DNA of 64,000 nucleotides from Minisyncoccia bacterium. GTDB lineage: Bacteria > Patescibacteriota > Minisyncoccia > Phycocordibacterales > UBA9973. Of the stretch, positions 39,701-50,420 are shown one piece after another. The stretch is from assembly GCA_044229265.1 (NCBI GenBank), contig JBGATK010000003.1:24638-88637 (forward strand), read 5' to 3'. The position numbers and the translations under genes were made by a program. The first letter of the stretch is position 1, and each line of letters starts with the position of its first letter. The notes below the pieces were generated by a model. It saw only the letters and a program-made list of their open reading frames with translations, was not told the origin of the DNA and did not search any database.

Positions 39701-40342
39701 TCCAATATTGGCTTCAAAACATGTACCGTATTTTAGAGAATAGTGATGAAAAGAAATTTCATTTAATACTTTACCTTCATAAATTTCAGTAATTTCTTTT
39801 TTAGTTACTGACAGTAAATTCTTTAATTTTTCTTTTGTTTCATCGTCGCTAGAATTTTTAAGTTTTGCTTTATATTCTTTTTCTAAATCAGAAATTATTT
39901 GATCACGCTCTTCCGTGTGGACTTTTGTGATAATGTATCCAGCAAAATAAATAACTTTTTCTAAATCAGAAACTGAGATATTAAGAAGTATACTCATGCG
40001 AGATGGCACACCACGAAGAAACCAAATATGAGCTACTGGTGTAGAAAGTTCTATGTGCCCCATGCGTTCACGACGCACGATAGAACGAGTAACTTCCACT
40101 CCACATTTTTCACAAATAATATCTTTGTAACGAATACGGCGATATTTTCCGCAATAACATTCGTAATCTTTTTCTGGACCGAAAATTTTCTCGTCGAAAA
40201 GACCTCCGCGCTCAGAACGGCCGGTTCGGTAGTTTATAGTTTCTGGTTTTTGAACTTCACCATAAGACCATTCACGTATAGCTTCAGGTGAAGCAAGTGT
40301 TAGCCCTATTGAATCAAAATCTGTTGTATTTAATGTTTTCAT
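36740..40342 (-). CDS. rpoC: RNA polymerase beta' subunit
   Basis: [23 protein letters not shown]. Confidence 0.99.
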   Translation of the reverse strand: MKTLNTTDFDSIGLTLASPEAIREWSYGEVQKPETINYRTGRSERGGLFDEKIFGPEKDYECYCGKYRRIRYKDIICEKCGVEVTRSIVRRERMGHIELSTPVAHIWFLRGVPSRMSILLNISVSDLEKVIYFAGYIITKVHTEERDQIISDLEKEYKAKLKNSSDDETKEKLKNLLSVTKKEITEIYEGKVLNEISFHHYSLKYGTCFEANIGAEAIYTIFKNLDLEKLKAHTMAIIEKASTMEREKMQKRLSLIRSMIYSGIRPEWMFLTVIPVIPPVLRPMVALDGGRHATSDLNDLYRRVINRNNRLKKLKEINAPDVILRNEKRIIQEAVDALIDNSIARQNDSQAMSQSQKRPLKSLADNLKSKQGLFRANLLGKRVDYSGRSVIVGGPELKLNQCGLPKHMALELFRPFVIAKILEGELAFNIRGANKLIEERTPEVWAMLEEVIQGKYVLLNRAPTLHRLGIQAFNPVLIEGNAIQVHPLVCQAFNADFDGDQMAVYVPLSEEAQWEAKELMAANKNLLKPQNGDPIANPRMDMVLGAYFMTKSVDGEIGEGKYFSSPNVAITAYEYGVVGLRAKVKILATNKGKYNKFTDGIFETSVGRLLFNSILPEDFSFINEEITQKRMSALVDELIMHYGVDATPPILDKIKAFGYKYATISGTTWGFDNVSVPKEKKDIVAHGREAEEKVIAEWSEGMLSDKERYQKIIEIWTEAKKNLEKVLPATLDKNGSTYDLFISGARGSMTSLVQMTGMKGLIQNNQGKTLEFPIIPCYQEGLSPIEYFVTTHGARKGASDTALNTAKAGYLTRRLVDVAQDVVITEEDCGTKEGKIVRAENILGIEIPLSKNIRGRVLAGDIKDENGNVLYKKGFLITKEEAVKIESLGIKEAFVRSPLTCKTIHGLCQTCYGLDLGRNHLVKLGEAVGIIAAQAIGEPGTQLTLRTFHAGGVAGTDITTGLPRVEEIFERRTPKNPAVVSKTDGEVFEVKTKDDKERYIKVLSDSKVDGKNNEMVYELTLNRMPLVKVGDKVKKGELLTDGSADISEIFEFGDKEMAEEYIIREINKVYELQSASISRKHTEIIIRQMFSRRRIKDAGGTNFTVGDIVENIEMMEENARIMKEDEKEAKAETIILGITEVSLKTKSWLSAASFQNTNRVLIENAVKGGVDSLRGLKENVIIGRLIPAGTGFVNSFKKEE

Positions 40343-40364
40343 AGATTTTTTATAGTTAAATTAA

Positions 40365-43300
40365 TTATTTTTGACTACCTTTTTTAAGAGTAATTTCGAA
40401 AGCAAGTCCCCGTAAATAGTTAAGCATCACATTGAAAGATGCTGGGGAATTTGGAGCTTTGATCGATTCATTCTTAATTATTGAATCAAAAGTGGCCGAC
40501 CTACCAGCTATATCGTCTGATTTTACTGTTAACATTTCGCGAAGTGAATATGCAGCGCCGTATCCTTCAAGTGCCCAGACTTCCATTTCTCCGAATCTTT
40601 GTCCACCTCCTTGAGCTTTACCGCCAAGTGGTTGTTGAGTAATAAGACTGTAGGGACCAATCGAACGCATGTGAATTTTGTCTTCTACCATATGGTGCAG
40701 TTTGAGCATATACATATAACCCACTGCTACGTCTTGCTCGAAAGCATCTCCTGTGCGTCCATCAAATAATTTTACTTTACCATTTTCTGGAAGTCCTGCT
40801 GCTTTCAATTCATCGCGTACTTCTTCGTGTGTTGCACCCAAAAATGGAGGCACGATTGCCTGATAACCTAGAGTATTTGCCGCCATACCAAGATGAATTT
40901 CCAAAATTTGTCCCAAGTTCATACGAGAAGGCACACCAAGTGGAGAAAGGATAATATCTACAGATTTACCATCAGCTGTATACGGCATATCTTCTTCTGG
41001 AAGAATTATAGAAATAACACCCTTATTTCCGTGACGTCCTGAAAGTTTATCACCTACTGAGATATTGCGAACTTGAGCGACTTCTATAACTATTTTTTTA
41101 ATTATACCGACTTCGAGTTGATGACCTAAATCACGAGAGAATATTTTTACTCCTATTACACGTCCACGTTTACCGTGTTCAACACGAAGTGAAGTATCTT
41201 TTACATCACGAGCTTTTTCAGCAAAAATAGAGCGGAGCAAACGTTCTTCTGGAGTTAATTCTGTCTCACCTTTTGGTGTAATTTTACCAACTAAAATATC
41301 ATTCTCGCGAACTTCAGCACCAACACGAACTATGCCGTCTTCATCTAAGTCTTTCAATTTAAGTTCACCTACATTTGGAATATCGCGAGTAGTTATTTCT
41401 GGACCAAGTTTAGTATCACGAACTACTGCAGTAAATTCTTCAACGTAAATAGAAGTAAATTTAGAATCCTTTACAAGTCTTTCTGAAAGAATAATAGCGT
41501 CTTCGTAGTTTGAACCGAACCATGACAAAAAGGCTACGAAAATATTTTGGCCAAGAGCTACTTGTCCACCTACTGTAGAAGAGTTGTCAGCGAGAACATC
41601 GCCACGTTTTACTTTTTGATCTACAGATACAATAGGACGATGATGGAATACAGAGAAATTGTTATTTCTTAAATAATTTATCAAATTATAAGTTTTTTCA
41701 TTCTTGCCTTTTACTATTACTTTTCGTGAATCTACGTATGACACTATGCCATCTTCCTCTGCTACGACGAGACGGCCTGAATCGAGAGCCACGACACTTT
41801 CCATGCCGGTAGCTACAAGAGGAGCTTCTTTTAATACACAAGGAACTGCTTGTTTTTGCATGTTTGATCCCATGAGAGCACGGTTAGCATCGTCATGTTC
41901 TAGAAATGGTATTGAACTTGTAGCGAGTGAGAAAGCTTGATTAGTAGCTACATCGATATAATCCACCTCTTCTGGAAGACAAGTTCCTGGCTCAGTCTTT
42001 CTGCGAGCTGCTACTTTTTTGTCAGTGATTTTGCCATTTTCATCATACGAAACTCCAGCATGAGCAATGTTGTATTTTTCTTCTTCAAGCGCATTTAAAT
42101 AAACTACTTCTCCTGTAATTTTTCCATTTTTTACTTTTATGTAAGGAGTTTCGATGATACCGAAATCATTTATTTTTGCATAAGTAGAAAGGTGAACAAT
42201 AAGACCAATGTTTGGACCTTCTGGTGTATGGATAGGACAAATACGTCCGTAGTGAGAAGGATGCACATCGCGAACTTCGAGTCCTGCGCGTTCACGAGTA
42301 AGACCGCCAGGACCAAGTGCTGAGAGTAAACGAATGTGTTCCATTTCAGCCAAGACATTTTCTTGGTTCATGAATTGTGAAAGCTGGTTAGTAGTGAAAA
42401 ATTCTTTGATACGAGCTTGCAGTGGACGTTGGTTAATAATAGCAATAGGTAATGCAGTATCTACATCGATGATAGACATACGATCTTGGATATTACGCTT
42501 GATTTGCATCATACCGGTACGAATCTTTTGTTGAAGCATTTCACCAACGAAACGAATACGGCGTTGACCCAAGTGATCTATGTCGTCCCCCTTTGAACCT
42601 GGAGTATTATTTAATTCAATTACATAAGAAACGATAGAGGCCAGATCTTCTTTAGCTAAAGTTCGGCGTTCTAATTCTTCTTTTTCCATATTCTTATCAA
42701 AACGTTGATTGAATCTGTAGCGTCCAACTGGCGATAAGTCATAACGCTCAGTGGTAAATAAAGAATTAATAAATTCTTTCGCATTTTCAGCTGTAGCCAT
42801 ATCGCCATCGCGAAGACGTTTGTAGATTTCTACATAAGCATCATTTACATTTTTTGCTGGATCTTTAGCTAAACAAACTTTTATAGTCTCTTCTTCAAAA
42901 CCATTTTTAGATAGGGCTTTAATAATCATTTCGTCGGTAGTATAACCCATAGCTCGAAGCAGTGAAGTAACTACGAATTTGCGCTTCTTGTCTATACGCA
43001 CATATATAGCACCATCTGGTTCTTGCTCAAGTTCTACCCATATACCACGAGCTGGTATAACTTTTGCACCGAAATATTTCTTGCCTTTATTTTCTGTTTC
43101 TGTAAAGAATACGCCAAAAGACCTAGCGAGTTGTGGCACTATCACGCGCTCTACGCCATTTATTATAAAAGTTCCATGAGCTGTCATGAGTGGAAGCTCA
43201 GATAAGAAAATTTCTTGTTCTTTAATTGTTCCTAAAATTTTATTCTTGAGTTTTACACGCACTTTCAAACTGCCTTGGTAAGTCAGTTTGTTTATCTTTG

Positions 43301-43532
43301 CATGATTCTCATCGAATTTTGATTCTCCTAGTGAGAAAGAATTAAACTCGAGTTCGAATTTTTTATTTGAGTAATCAGATATAGGAGAAAATTCTTTGAA
43401 TATTTCTTTTATACCCTCCTCCACTAACCACTTATAAGACTTTAATTGAAATTCGATAAGATTCGGATATTCAATTAAAGGTTTTTTGTACCGAGAAAAA
43501 TATTTCTGCGGTAAGGCCTTGTCTTTTTGCAT
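40365..43532 (-). CDS. rpoB: RNA polymerase beta subunit
   Basis: GDKLSGRHGNKGV, GQRFGEME. Confidence 0.99.
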   Translation of the reverse strand: MQKDKALPQKYFSRYKKPLIEYPNLIEFQLKSYKWLVEEGIKEIFKEFSPISDYSNKKFELEFNSFSLGESKFDENHAKINKLTYQGSLKVRVKLKNKILGTIKEQEIFLSELPLMTAHGTFIINGVERVIVPQLARSFGVFFTETENKGKKYFGAKVIPARGIWVELEQEPDGAIYVRIDKKRKFVVTSLLRAMGYTTDEMIIKALSKNGFEEETIKVCLAKDPAKNVNDAYVEIYKRLRDGDMATAENAKEFINSLFTTERYDLSPVGRYRFNQRFDKNMEKEELERRTLAKEDLASIVSYVIELNNTPGSKGDDIDHLGQRRIRFVGEMLQQKIRTGMMQIKRNIQDRMSIIDVDTALPIAIINQRPLQARIKEFFTTNQLSQFMNQENVLAEMEHIRLLSALGPGGLTRERAGLEVRDVHPSHYGRICPIHTPEGPNIGLIVHLSTYAKINDFGIIETPYIKVKNGKITGEVVYLNALEEEKYNIAHAGVSYDENGKITDKKVAARRKTEPGTCLPEEVDYIDVATNQAFSLATSSIPFLEHDDANRALMGSNMQKQAVPCVLKEAPLVATGMESVVALDSGRLVVAEEDGIVSYVDSRKVIVKGKNEKTYNLINYLRNNNFSVFHHRPIVSVDQKVKRGDVLADNSSTVGGQVALGQNIFVAFLSWFGSNYEDAIILSERLVKDSKFTSIYVEEFTAVVRDTKLGPEITTRDIPNVGELKLKDLDEDGIVRVGAEVRENDILVGKITPKGETELTPEERLLRSIFAEKARDVKDTSLRVEHGKRGRVIGVKIFSRDLGHQLEVGIIKKIVIEVAQVRNISVGDKLSGRHGNKGVISIILPEEDMPYTADGKSVDIILSPLGVPSRMNLGQILEIHLGMAANTLGYQAIVPPFLGATHEEVRDELKAAGLPENGKVKLFDGRTGDAFEQDVAVGYMYMLKLHHMVEDKIHMRSIGPYSLITQQPLGGKAQGGGQRFGEMEVWALEGYGAAYSLREMLTVKSDDIAGRSATFDSIIKNESIKAPNSPASFNVMLNYLRGLAFEITLKKGSQK

Positions 43533-43794
43533 AATTTTTATAAATCCAAAAAGAAGAGAAAATAAAAAACAAAAATAAATACAAGAATTTTATTTATTCT
43601 TATTTTTTATTCCTAAAAGTTTCGGATATTAATTAGACTTATAAATACACTTATAATAATTAACGGAGACTGTCCGAAACTCAATCATTAGTCTTAAAGC
43701 AAAGTTAACATGTATCCCCAAAAAAGTCAAATATTAATGGGGAAATAAAAAAACGGGGTCAAAGCCCCGTTTTAATTTTCAATAAATTTTTAAC

Positions 43795-45084
43795 TTATAA
43801 TTTCGTTATATCCTCACGACCTGGACCATGACTAACATAAGAAACTTTAACTCCTAATCTTTGAACTGTATTTTCGATATAGTTCAAATAAAATCCAAAA
43901 TTGGATTTTAAAACTTCACTACCTGAAAACCTAGACCAATCTGTATCAAAGTGTCGCAATTGTTTTTTGAAAATATTTTGCTTAAATGAGAATACATTTA
44001 TGCTTTCATCATCTTCAGAAAGATAATCTTCAACAATACTTACTTTGTTCAGCGGGTTAATGTCTACCTTAGTAATTATAAGCTCATCTATACCGTTGAG
44101 CCTGATAGCGTGAATCAGTTGAGGCATATCAAGCCAACCACATTTTCGTGCTCTTCCTGTAGTAGCGCCTATTTCACCACCTGCTTCGCGTAGTAGATTT
44201 TGAATATCTTCATCTTCTATTTCAGAAGGGAAAATTCCTTCACCTACTTTAGTGGTATACCATTTAATAACTCCATAAGTTTTTCCTACATATCGGATAG
44301 GAATACCAAGTCCGAGTGGCACCGCAGAAGCAATTGTGTTAGAAGAAGTTACCATTGGATAGCAACCGAAATTGTTATCAAGCATTGTGCCTTGCGCACC
44401 TTCAGCTAAAACATTCATACCTGCGTCTAAATTATTCTGCAACCAAAATTGATCAACAAAATTTACATAATTATTTAAAGATTGAGTTGCTTCTTTAAAG
44501 TTTTCAAAATCTTCTATAATTTTCTGAACCTCTGGCATTATATAACCATATTTTGTGCTATAAAAATAAAGAAGTTTCATGTAAAATTCGTATATTTGGT
44601 TCCATGGCTTTTCAGGATCTCCGATACGTACACCTAATCTACTTTTAACATCCATGTAAGCTGGGCCAATGCCTCGTCCAGTAGTTCCGACACTTGCTCC
44701 TCCTTTCGAGACTTCAATAGCTTTATCGAGATATCGATGAAAAGGTGTGATTAAGAAAGCATGCTTTGATAAGAATACTCTTTCTTTTAAATCACTCGTT
44801 CTTTGACCCAAAACTTGAGCTGCATCTTTAATTTCATTAATTAATGATAACGGATCAATGACACAACCTGGACCAATAAAGTTCCAAACATCTTGATGTA
44901 AAATTCCTGAAGGTAAATTGTGTAAGATAAGTCTCTGTCCTTTATACCACAAGGTATGTCCTGCATTAGGGCCACCCTGTGAACGACCTACTATTTGATA
45001 ATCTTTGGCAAGATAATCTACTATTTTACCTTTGCCTTCATCTCCCCATTGGAGACCAAGACATATGTCTATTTTTCCTCTCAT
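43795..45084 (-). CDS. purA: adenylosuccinate synthetase
   Basis: QWGDEGKGK, QGGPNAGHT, GTTGRGIGPAY, EGAQG, GATTGR. Confidence 0.96.
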   Translation of the reverse strand: MRGKIDICLGLQWGDEGKGKIVDYLAKDYQIVGRSQGGPNAGHTLWYKGQRLILHNLPSGILHQDVWNFIGPGCVIDPLSLINEIKDAAQVLGQRTSDLKERVFLSKHAFLITPFHRYLDKAIEVSKGGASVGTTGRGIGPAYMDVKSRLGVRIGDPEKPWNQIYEFYMKLLYFYSTKYGYIMPEVQKIIEDFENFKEATQSLNNYVNFVDQFWLQNNLDAGMNVLAEGAQGTMLDNNFGCYPMVTSSNTIASAVPLGLGIPIRYVGKTYGVIKWYTTKVGEGIFPSEIEDEDIQNLLREAGGEIGATTGRARKCGWLDMPQLIHAIRLNGIDELIITKVDINPLNKVSIVEDYLSEDDESINVFSFKQNIFKKQLRHFDTDWSRFSGSEVLKSNFGFYLNYIENTVQRLGVKVSYVSHGPGREDITKL

Positions 45085-45086
45085 TT

Positions 45087-46589
45087 TTAAGATTTTTTAG
45101 TTAAAGGAATATAAAGATCTCGAATTCCACTTTCCAAACGCCCCATAGCTGTTTGTTGAACAAACACAGGATCTCTTTGGAGTTCTTTTATGTTTTTTAC
45201 TCCTTGATAAACTCTCATACTTTGAATTAAAGCATTTTGAAATTTATCAATCACATCTTTCACAGGTCCTTTAAATGGCACGAAGCCACTAACCCCTTCG
45301 GCAACTTTTTTTACAACAGATCCACTATTTCCATAGCGATCTTTAGCAATTCCTAATCCATCGCGCATAGCTTCATCAGAACCCATACCACGATAAACTT
45401 TGTATTTCATATTGCCTTCTTCGTGAGTTTCACCTGGAGATTCTGTAGTACCAGCAAAAATTGAACCCATCATAACTGCATGAGCTCCAGCTGCTATTGC
45501 TTTTACAACATCACCAGTTTCTTTTATGCCTCCGTCAGCTATCACTTTCACAAAAACCCTACTATCATTTCTATATATAGGATTTGCATCACATGCTGCA
45601 GCGACTTGCATAATTGCCGAAAACTGTGGTGAACCACAACCTGTGACAGATCTAGTAGTGCATATAGCCCCTGGACCAACACCTACTTTTATAGCATCTG
45701 CTCCAGCATCTATTAAAAACTTGGCTCCTTCTTTGGTAACAACATTGCCAGCAATAATAGGCATATCTGGTTTAATCTTTTTTATAGTCCTTACAATTTC
45801 CCCGACAGCAACAGAATGACCTTGAGCTGTATCTATGCAAAGTAAATCGACTCCAGCAGAAATAAGCGCAATAGCCCTTTTGCGACCTTCATCACCTACG
45901 CCAATAGCTGCTCCTACACGAAGCCTTCCATCTGTATCAGTAATCATATTCGGGTAAAGATCTTTGTTCTGAAAATCTTTCTTAAAACAAAGTCCGACTA
46001 AAGTATGATCATCTTTTGATTTCACTATTGGCAATCTTTGTTTACCTTTAGTTTTCATAATTTGTAGTGGATCAAAAGCTTCGTCAGCGTAAGCTAATAC
46101 CAACTCTTCAAAAGGAACCATTATTTCGGAAAGTGGGCCTTTATGGTCACTAAAATCCACCAAATGCCTGTCTGTAATCAATCCTAATAATGGCTCATAA
46201 TGATTATATTCTCCCACTATTGGTATAGTGGTAAATTGATGCTTAGCTTTTATTGCTAAAGCATCTTGAATAGTTTGATCGGGGTACAAAGTAATTGGGT
46301 CAGTAACCATATTACCTTGATGTCTTTTTACTAATCTGATTTGCTCCACCTGCTCTTCAATAGAGCAATTTCGGTGGATAATACCGAGACCACCATGACG
46401 TGCTTGAGCTATAGCCATCTGAGCTTCGGTTACGGTGTCCATTGCTGCAGAAATGAATGGTGTTTTTAACACAATATTTCCGATTTCAATGCTTGTCTCG
46501 ATATTGTCTTCTGGACCAAGATTTGAAAGTTTGGGTTGCAAAAGTACATCGTCAAAAGAAAGTCCTAAAGGAATTTGTTGTATTTCCAT
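45087..46589 (-). CDS. guaB: IMP dehydrogenase
   Basis: [12 protein letters not shown] pair, [17 protein letters not shown]. Confidence 0.97.
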   Translation of the reverse strand: MEIQQIPLGLSFDDVLLQPKLSNLGPEDNIETSIEIGNIVLKTPFISAAMDTVTEAQMAIAQARHGGLGIIHRNCSIEEQVEQIRLVKRHQGNMVTDPITLYPDQTIQDALAIKAKHQFTTIPIVGEYNHYEPLLGLITDRHLVDFSDHKGPLSEIMVPFEELVLAYADEAFDPLQIMKTKGKQRLPIVKSKDDHTLVGLCFKKDFQNKDLYPNMITDTDGRLRVGAAIGVGDEGRKRAIALISAGVDLLCIDTAQGHSVAVGEIVRTIKKIKPDMPIIAGNVVTKEGAKFLIDAGADAIKVGVGPGAICTTRSVTGCGSPQFSAIMQVAAACDANPIYRNDSRVFVKVIADGGIKETGDVVKAIAAGAHAVMMGSIFAGTTESPGETHEEGNMKYKVYRGMGSDEAMRDGLGIAKDRYGNSGSVVKKVAEGVSGFVPFKGPVKDVIDKFQNALIQSMRVYQGVKNIKELQRDPVFVQQTAMGRLESGIRDLYIPLTKKS

Positions 46590-46717
46590 TTTAAATTGTT
46601 TAGTTTACAAATAAATTTTCATTCACCCTACCACTTAAAACTCGTTTTGTCTAATTTATAGAAAATAAAAAACTCACTTCTAGAAAGACAGCGAGTTTTA
46701 AATGAACTGTAAATATT

Positions 46718-47401
46718 TTATTTACCTTTTTGTTTCCATTCGTCTATAAGTTTATGATTACCGGACAGGAGAACCTTTGGCACTTTATAGTTTTTGTTTT
46801 TATATTTCAAAATTTCTGGACGAGTATAGACTTCGCTACTAGAAACTCTCTCTTCTTCTAGAGATTCATATTTGCCGAGGACGCCCGGGATTTGGCGCGA
46901 AATAGAATCTATCATAATCATAGCTGGCAATTCCCCTCCTGTGAGGACATAGTCACCGACTGAAATTTCATCACCCTTAAATATTTTCTTCACCCTTGCG
47001 TCTATGCCTTCGTATCTACCACATATAAAAATAATATCTGTGTATTTTTTCTTTACTAAATTTTTGGCATAAGTAGTTTCAAACTTTTTAGCACTTGGCG
47101 AAAAGTGGATAATTTTTACTTTCTTTTTATCTTTCACTTTTTTTAATACTTGTTCTATAACTTTGATCATAGGCTCGGCCCGCATCACCATACCTGGGCC
47201 ACCACCGTATGGCTTGTCATCGACTGGGCGATAACCATTATCTTTAACCCCGCTATGCTTAAGCTTCGCAGGGCGAGCAAAATCGCGAGGATTATAGAAT
47301 TTAACAAAAATTTTCTTCCCTTCTATGGCTCGCGCCAAAATACTCTCGCCAAAGTACGAGGTAAACATCTCTGGAAATATAGTAATTATATGAAATGTCA
47401 T
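46718..47401 (-). CDS. trmD: tRNA (guanine-N1)-methyltransferase
   Basis: VDDKPYGGGPGMV, CGRYEGID, GDYVLTGGE. Confidence 0.96.
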   Translation of the reverse strand: MTFHIITIFPEMFTSYFGESILARAIEGKKIFVKFYNPRDFARPAKLKHSGVKDNGYRPVDDKPYGGGPGMVMRAEPMIKVIEQVLKKVKDKKKVKIIHFSPSAKKFETTYAKNLVKKKYTDIIFICGRYEGIDARVKKIFKGDEISVGDYVLTGGELPAMIMIDSISRQIPGVLGKYESLEEERVSSSEVYTRPEILKYKNKNYKVPKVLLSGNHKLIDEWKQKGK

Positions 47402-47526
47402 AATAAAAAATTGCCTGCCCGTCCGAAGCTTTAGCAAAGGCGGGTTATTACGTGATAATTCACAAATTAATTTATATCATAAAACAAATAAAAAATCCCC
47501 TCAGTATTATCTGGGGGATTTTTTAT

Positions 47527-47856
47527 TTATATTCCTTTTAGGTCTTCCATTGCTTCGTCCACAGTCTTCATAGTAGGACTAGGTGCATGCATTGGTCTTA
47601 CAGAACCTTCTGGTTCATTTATCTTTAAGTTTACACGCGCATTGTTTTTCATACCGATAATGCGGAGAAGTGTACGAATAGCTTTAGCAGTATTGCCAGA
47701 GCGACCGATGATTTTACCCATGTCGCTAGGATTTACAGTTAAAGTAATGAGCACACCCATCTCATCGACAGATCTATCAATTTTTACATCGTTTGGATTG
47801 TCGACCAAAGCTTTTACTACGTATTCTAAGAATCCCTTGTCTGCGTCGTTTTGCAT
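47527..47856 (-). CDS. KH-domain RNA-binding protein (KhpA-like)
   Basis: DMGKIIGRSGNTAKAIRT; located between rpsP and trmD. Confidence 0.92.
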   Translation of the reverse strand: MQNDADKGFLEYVVKALVDNPNDVKIDRSVDEMGVLITLTVNPSDMGKIIGRSGNTAKAIRTLLRIIGMKNNARVNLKINEPEGSVRPMHAPSPTMKTVDEAMEDLKGI

Positions 47857-47929
47857 AAATATTACAGAAATTTTAAATTTTTAAATTGCAGTTTTTGACC
47901 AAATACTGCGTATCTACAATTATACCGAA

Positions 47930-48238
47930 TTACTTTTTAGCTTTCAACTCTTTTCTAGAAGTAGTTGGACTTTTTTTAGACAAAACATTCTTTTTCTTGC
48001 CTTCAATGATTTTTTGACTAACTAAGAAGTTGTGCATTGTGTCTGAAATTTGAGCACCTTTAGATATCCAGTGTTTTACTGCCTCTTCATCAAATTTAGC
48101 TATACCCATTTTTGGATTATATGTGCCGACAACTTTTAAAAATTTACCGCTCTTCGTAGAGTTCTTGGAATCAGTAAGTACAGCCCGAAAAGATGGGTCG
48201 TTCTTTCTGCCTATTCTTTGTAATCTAATTTTTAACAT
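47930..48238 (-). CDS. rpsP: 30S ribosomal protein S16
   Basis: MLKIRLQRIG, GTYNP, GAQISD. Confidence 0.97.
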   Translation of the reverse strand: MLKIRLQRIGRKNDPSFRAVLTDSKNSTKSGKFLKVVGTYNPKMGIAKFDEEAVKHWISKGAQISDTMHNFLVSQKIIEGKKKNVLSKKSPTTSRKELKAKK

Positions 48239-48338
48239 GAATGTAATTTAGCATAGTTTTTTTATTTTGTAAACCCGCACACTTATTATACAATAATATA
48301 AAATAAGTGTGAGGGTAAACTAGCTATATATTTAGATA

Positions 48339-49394
48339 TTAGTTTGGCACAAAATATCCACCCTCAGTATCTGCGCCAGCATTAGTTTGATAATCCCCAT
48401 TTGAAACATAATTTGCCTGCGCTACATAATCTCCATTTACGACTACATTTGCATTTGCTACATAATCCCCATTTGAAACGAAATCGCCAAAAGTAGAATA
48501 GTCGCCGTTCGATACATAGCTAGAATTAGAAACATAATCCCCATTTGTAACATAACTAGAGCCTGACTGATAATCAGCATTAGCCTCATAAGAAGGAACT
48601 ACTTCATACGATGGAGTAACTTCGTAAGTTGGTGTTATTTCATAAGTCGGAGCAATTAATTCATAAGAAGATATTGTCTGGTAAGTCGGCGTGATTTTAT
48701 AAGAACCATCTATCTCATAAGTTGGGTTTTCTATTTCATAAGTTGGTATTGTCAGATATGTAGGATTAATCTTGTATGTAGGATTTTCTAAAACAAAAGT
48801 TGGGTTTACTTTATATGTAGGAAAATAATATGTATAAGTAGGATCTATCTTGTATGTAGGATTATAACTATAGGTTGGATTGTATTTATATGTTGGATCA
48901 TACTTATAAGTTGGGTTGTACTCATACGTTGGTTTGTATTTATAAGTTGGAATATAACCATAAGTCAGATCGTATTTATAAGTCGGGTCTAATTTATAGG
49001 TAGGATCATACTCGTAAGTTGGTTTGTATTTATAAGTCGGGATATAACCATAAGTCGGATCGTATTTATAAGTAGGATTGTATTTATATGTCGGATTTAG
49101 ACGATAAGTAGGGTCGTATTTATAGGTAGGTATGTAGCCATAAGTCGGATGATACTTATAAGTTGGCCTGTAATCGTAAGTAGAATCATAATCATAAGTT
49201 GGCCAATACCCATAATCTAAATACGCTAAATAATCCGGATCATCGTAAAAATATGTCGGATAATAACCAAAGTCAGCATAAATATGAAATTCACCCCACA
49301 CGCCATAAGTGTAGCAATCACAAGCTTTTGCTGTATTTGGCAAGGCAAAAAGCCCAAAAAATATGAATATAATACCAAAAATCTTTAATTTCAT
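48339..49394 (-). CDS. secreted Tyr/Pro/Thr-rich tandem-repeat protein
   Basis: Signal peptide (..TAKA/C); many PTYxYx hexapeptides, then YVSNGD-type repeats. Confidence 0.85.
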   Translation of the reverse strand: MKLKIFGIIFIFFGLFALPNTAKACDCYTYGVWGEFHIYADFGYYPTYFYDDPDYLAYLDYGYWPTYDYDSTYDYRPTYKYHPTYGYIPTYKYDPTYRLNPTYKYNPTYKYDPTYGYIPTYKYKPTYEYDPTYKLDPTYKYDLTYGYIPTYKYKPTYEYNPTYKYDPTYKYNPTYSYNPTYKIDPTYTYYFPTYKVNPTFVLENPTYKINPTYLTIPTYEIENPTYEIDGSYKITPTYQTISSYELIAPTYEITPTYEVTPSYEVVPSYEANADYQSGSSYVTNGDYVSNSSYVSNGDYSTFGDFVSNGDYVANANVVVNGDYVAQANYVSNGDYQTNAGADTEGGYFVPN

Positions 49395-49552
49395 ACCCTT
49401 ATTATAGCACAATAACACCTCATTTGTCAACCCCGTCGCTCGCGAGTGACAGGGTCAACCCTCTCACCCTTCATGTCAAAGATGCCCTTTGACATTTTAG
49501 GTAATAAAAAAACCGTGCTTTATACACGGTTATTTGAGTAATATAAATCTTT

Positions 49553-49909
49553 TTAATTCTGTGCTTTCGGCACAGAATTAGTCTTTGGTGCTAGTTTGAA
49601 CCAAGCTGCAATTTCTTTTAGCTTTTTTTTGTTCAAAGTGTAGTACACTTCCCTGCCTTCTTTTCTGCAAGAAACTACGCCTGCTGAGCGCATATTAGCC
49701 ATCATCTGTGAAGCCGCTGAGTGGTCGGATGTTCTAAGCTGTATGTGAATCTGTTTTACAGACAGCTCGCCTTTTTCTTCAAGTAATTCAATCACTTTCT
49801 TTCTTGGCCCTTTCATAACGGACCATAAAATCATGTTTGCATGTCTAGCCTCAGCTGTATTGAACATGCCACGATTAGTTTTTAAAGAAATGTTTTGCAC
49901 ATTTTTCAT
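49553..49909 (-). CDS. ArsR/SmtB family winged-HTH regulator
   Basis: RKKVIELLEEKGELSV...SAASQ...RKEGREVYY. Confidence 0.85.
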   Translation of the reverse strand: MKNVQNISLKTNRGMFNTAEARHANMILWSVMKGPRKKVIELLEEKGELSVKQIHIQLRTSDHSAASQMMANMRSAGVVSCRKEGREVYYTLNKKKLKEIAAWFKLAPKTNSVPKAQN

Positions 49910-49934
49910 AATTAAACGGTTTAGGTGAAAAAAA

Positions 49935-50309
49935 TTAATTTTCTTGTTTGGGTGAAAAATAGTTATTAAGTGCTTGTTGTACTCGAAACAACAAATCTTC
50001 ATCAGCTATTTCAATGTAGACATGCTTGCCTACCTTCTCACTTTTTATCACTCCTGATGATTTTAGGACTGAGAGCTGTTGTGATGTGACGGATTGTTCT
50101 AATTTTAATTTCTTATATATTGGAGCAACATCAGTTCTACCCACAGACAAAATGAAATTTAATATTTTCATTCGAGTTGTATTTCCAAGGGCGCGTGTTA
50201 AATCGCACGAGTACTCTAATTTTACTAGATTAAACTTTGTTTTGAAAAAGGTCCCTTCTTTTTCTACAGAAGAAGTGTTAATAACATCTGTTTCTATTTG
50301 TAACAACAT
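49935..50309 (-). CDS. ArsR/SmtB family winged-HTH regulator
   Basis: RALGNTTRMKIL...LKLEQSVTSQQLSVLKSSG...GKHVY. Confidence 0.88.
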   Translation of the reverse strand: MLLQIETDVINTSSVEKEGTFFKTKFNLVKLEYSCDLTRALGNTTRMKILNFILSVGRTDVAPIYKKLKLEQSVTSQQLSVLKSSGVIKSEKVGKHVYIEIADEDLLFRVQQALNNYFSPKQEN

Positions 50310-50420
50310 AATATTTGTTTTTGTTTTATGTAAAAAATCTATGTCCCCAAAATCATATCACTAAAATAGCAAAAGTCAAATGAAACTCGCGTAAAGACGA
50401 AATTATGTTATATTTAATAT

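Noticed and set aside
36740-43532. Inteins or introns in rpoB/rpoC (also checked in gyrB)
   Set aside because: Frames are continuous and compact, with no Hint-domain motifs seen
43795-45084. Possible PurZ (Z-genome) enzyme
   Set aside because: The catalytic motif is GDEGKG with Asp as in PurA, not the Ser-containing PurZ form, and no dATPase partner is nearby
48700-49200. Possible CRISPR array or DGR from the 18 bp periodic DNA
   Set aside because: The periodicity is from coding hexapeptide repeats with synonymous variation; there are no unique spacers, cas genes or reverse transcriptase
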